The notes under the pieces: model-generated
The model's input: the letters and a program-made list of their open reading frames with translations, nothing else
What the model was told of the DNA's origin: nothing
Database searches by the model: none
Position numbers and translations under genes: made by a program
Shown: one piece after another, positions 34,353 through 34,379 of the stretch
Layout: each line of letters begins with the position of its first letter
Numbering within the stretch: the first letter of the stretch is position 1
DNA from: a virus
Taxonomy: Duplodnaviria; Caudoviricetes
Virus record (IMG/VR): IMGVR_UViG_3300006879_000010
Location: 1-34,379 of that record
Reading direction: 5' to 3' (one strand)
DNA: 34,379 nucleotides

Positions 34353-34379
34353 TTATGCATAAAAGAGAATACGATTGAA

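Overview
Right-hand ~34 kb of a temperate Siphoviridae-type prophage from a low-GC Bacillota (Bacillaceae-like) host. In order: 3' part of a P4/D5-type primase-helicase with a repeat-rich putative origin; early accessory genes (VRR-NUC, MazG-like, many small ORFs); ArpU/RinA-like late regulator; a lipoprotein moron; HNH-cos-TerS-TerL packaging module; HK97-type head; non-contractile tail (MTP, chaperones, TMP with SLT domain, Dit, Tal-S74, BppU); an XRE-HTH/tyrosine-recombinase pair; holin-amidase lysis; XRE plus HNH; an FtsK plus replication-relaxation module; and a probable attR resembling a tRNA-Leu 3' end. Most notable: (1) a 1006-bp distal tail cassette bounded by two related Xer-like 11-6-11 sites (26285-26312, 27291-27318) next to the extra tyrosine recombinase, suggesting recombinase-driven in-frame exchange of receptor-binding modules; (2) an M14 zinc carboxypeptidase fused in frame to Tal but split by one TAG; (3) a 14-aa motif shared by a Tal insertion and an unannotated 50-aa ORF; (4) a small gene inserted into a terminator with a 14-bp duplication. 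All family calls come from motif recognition by eye; no database search was run.
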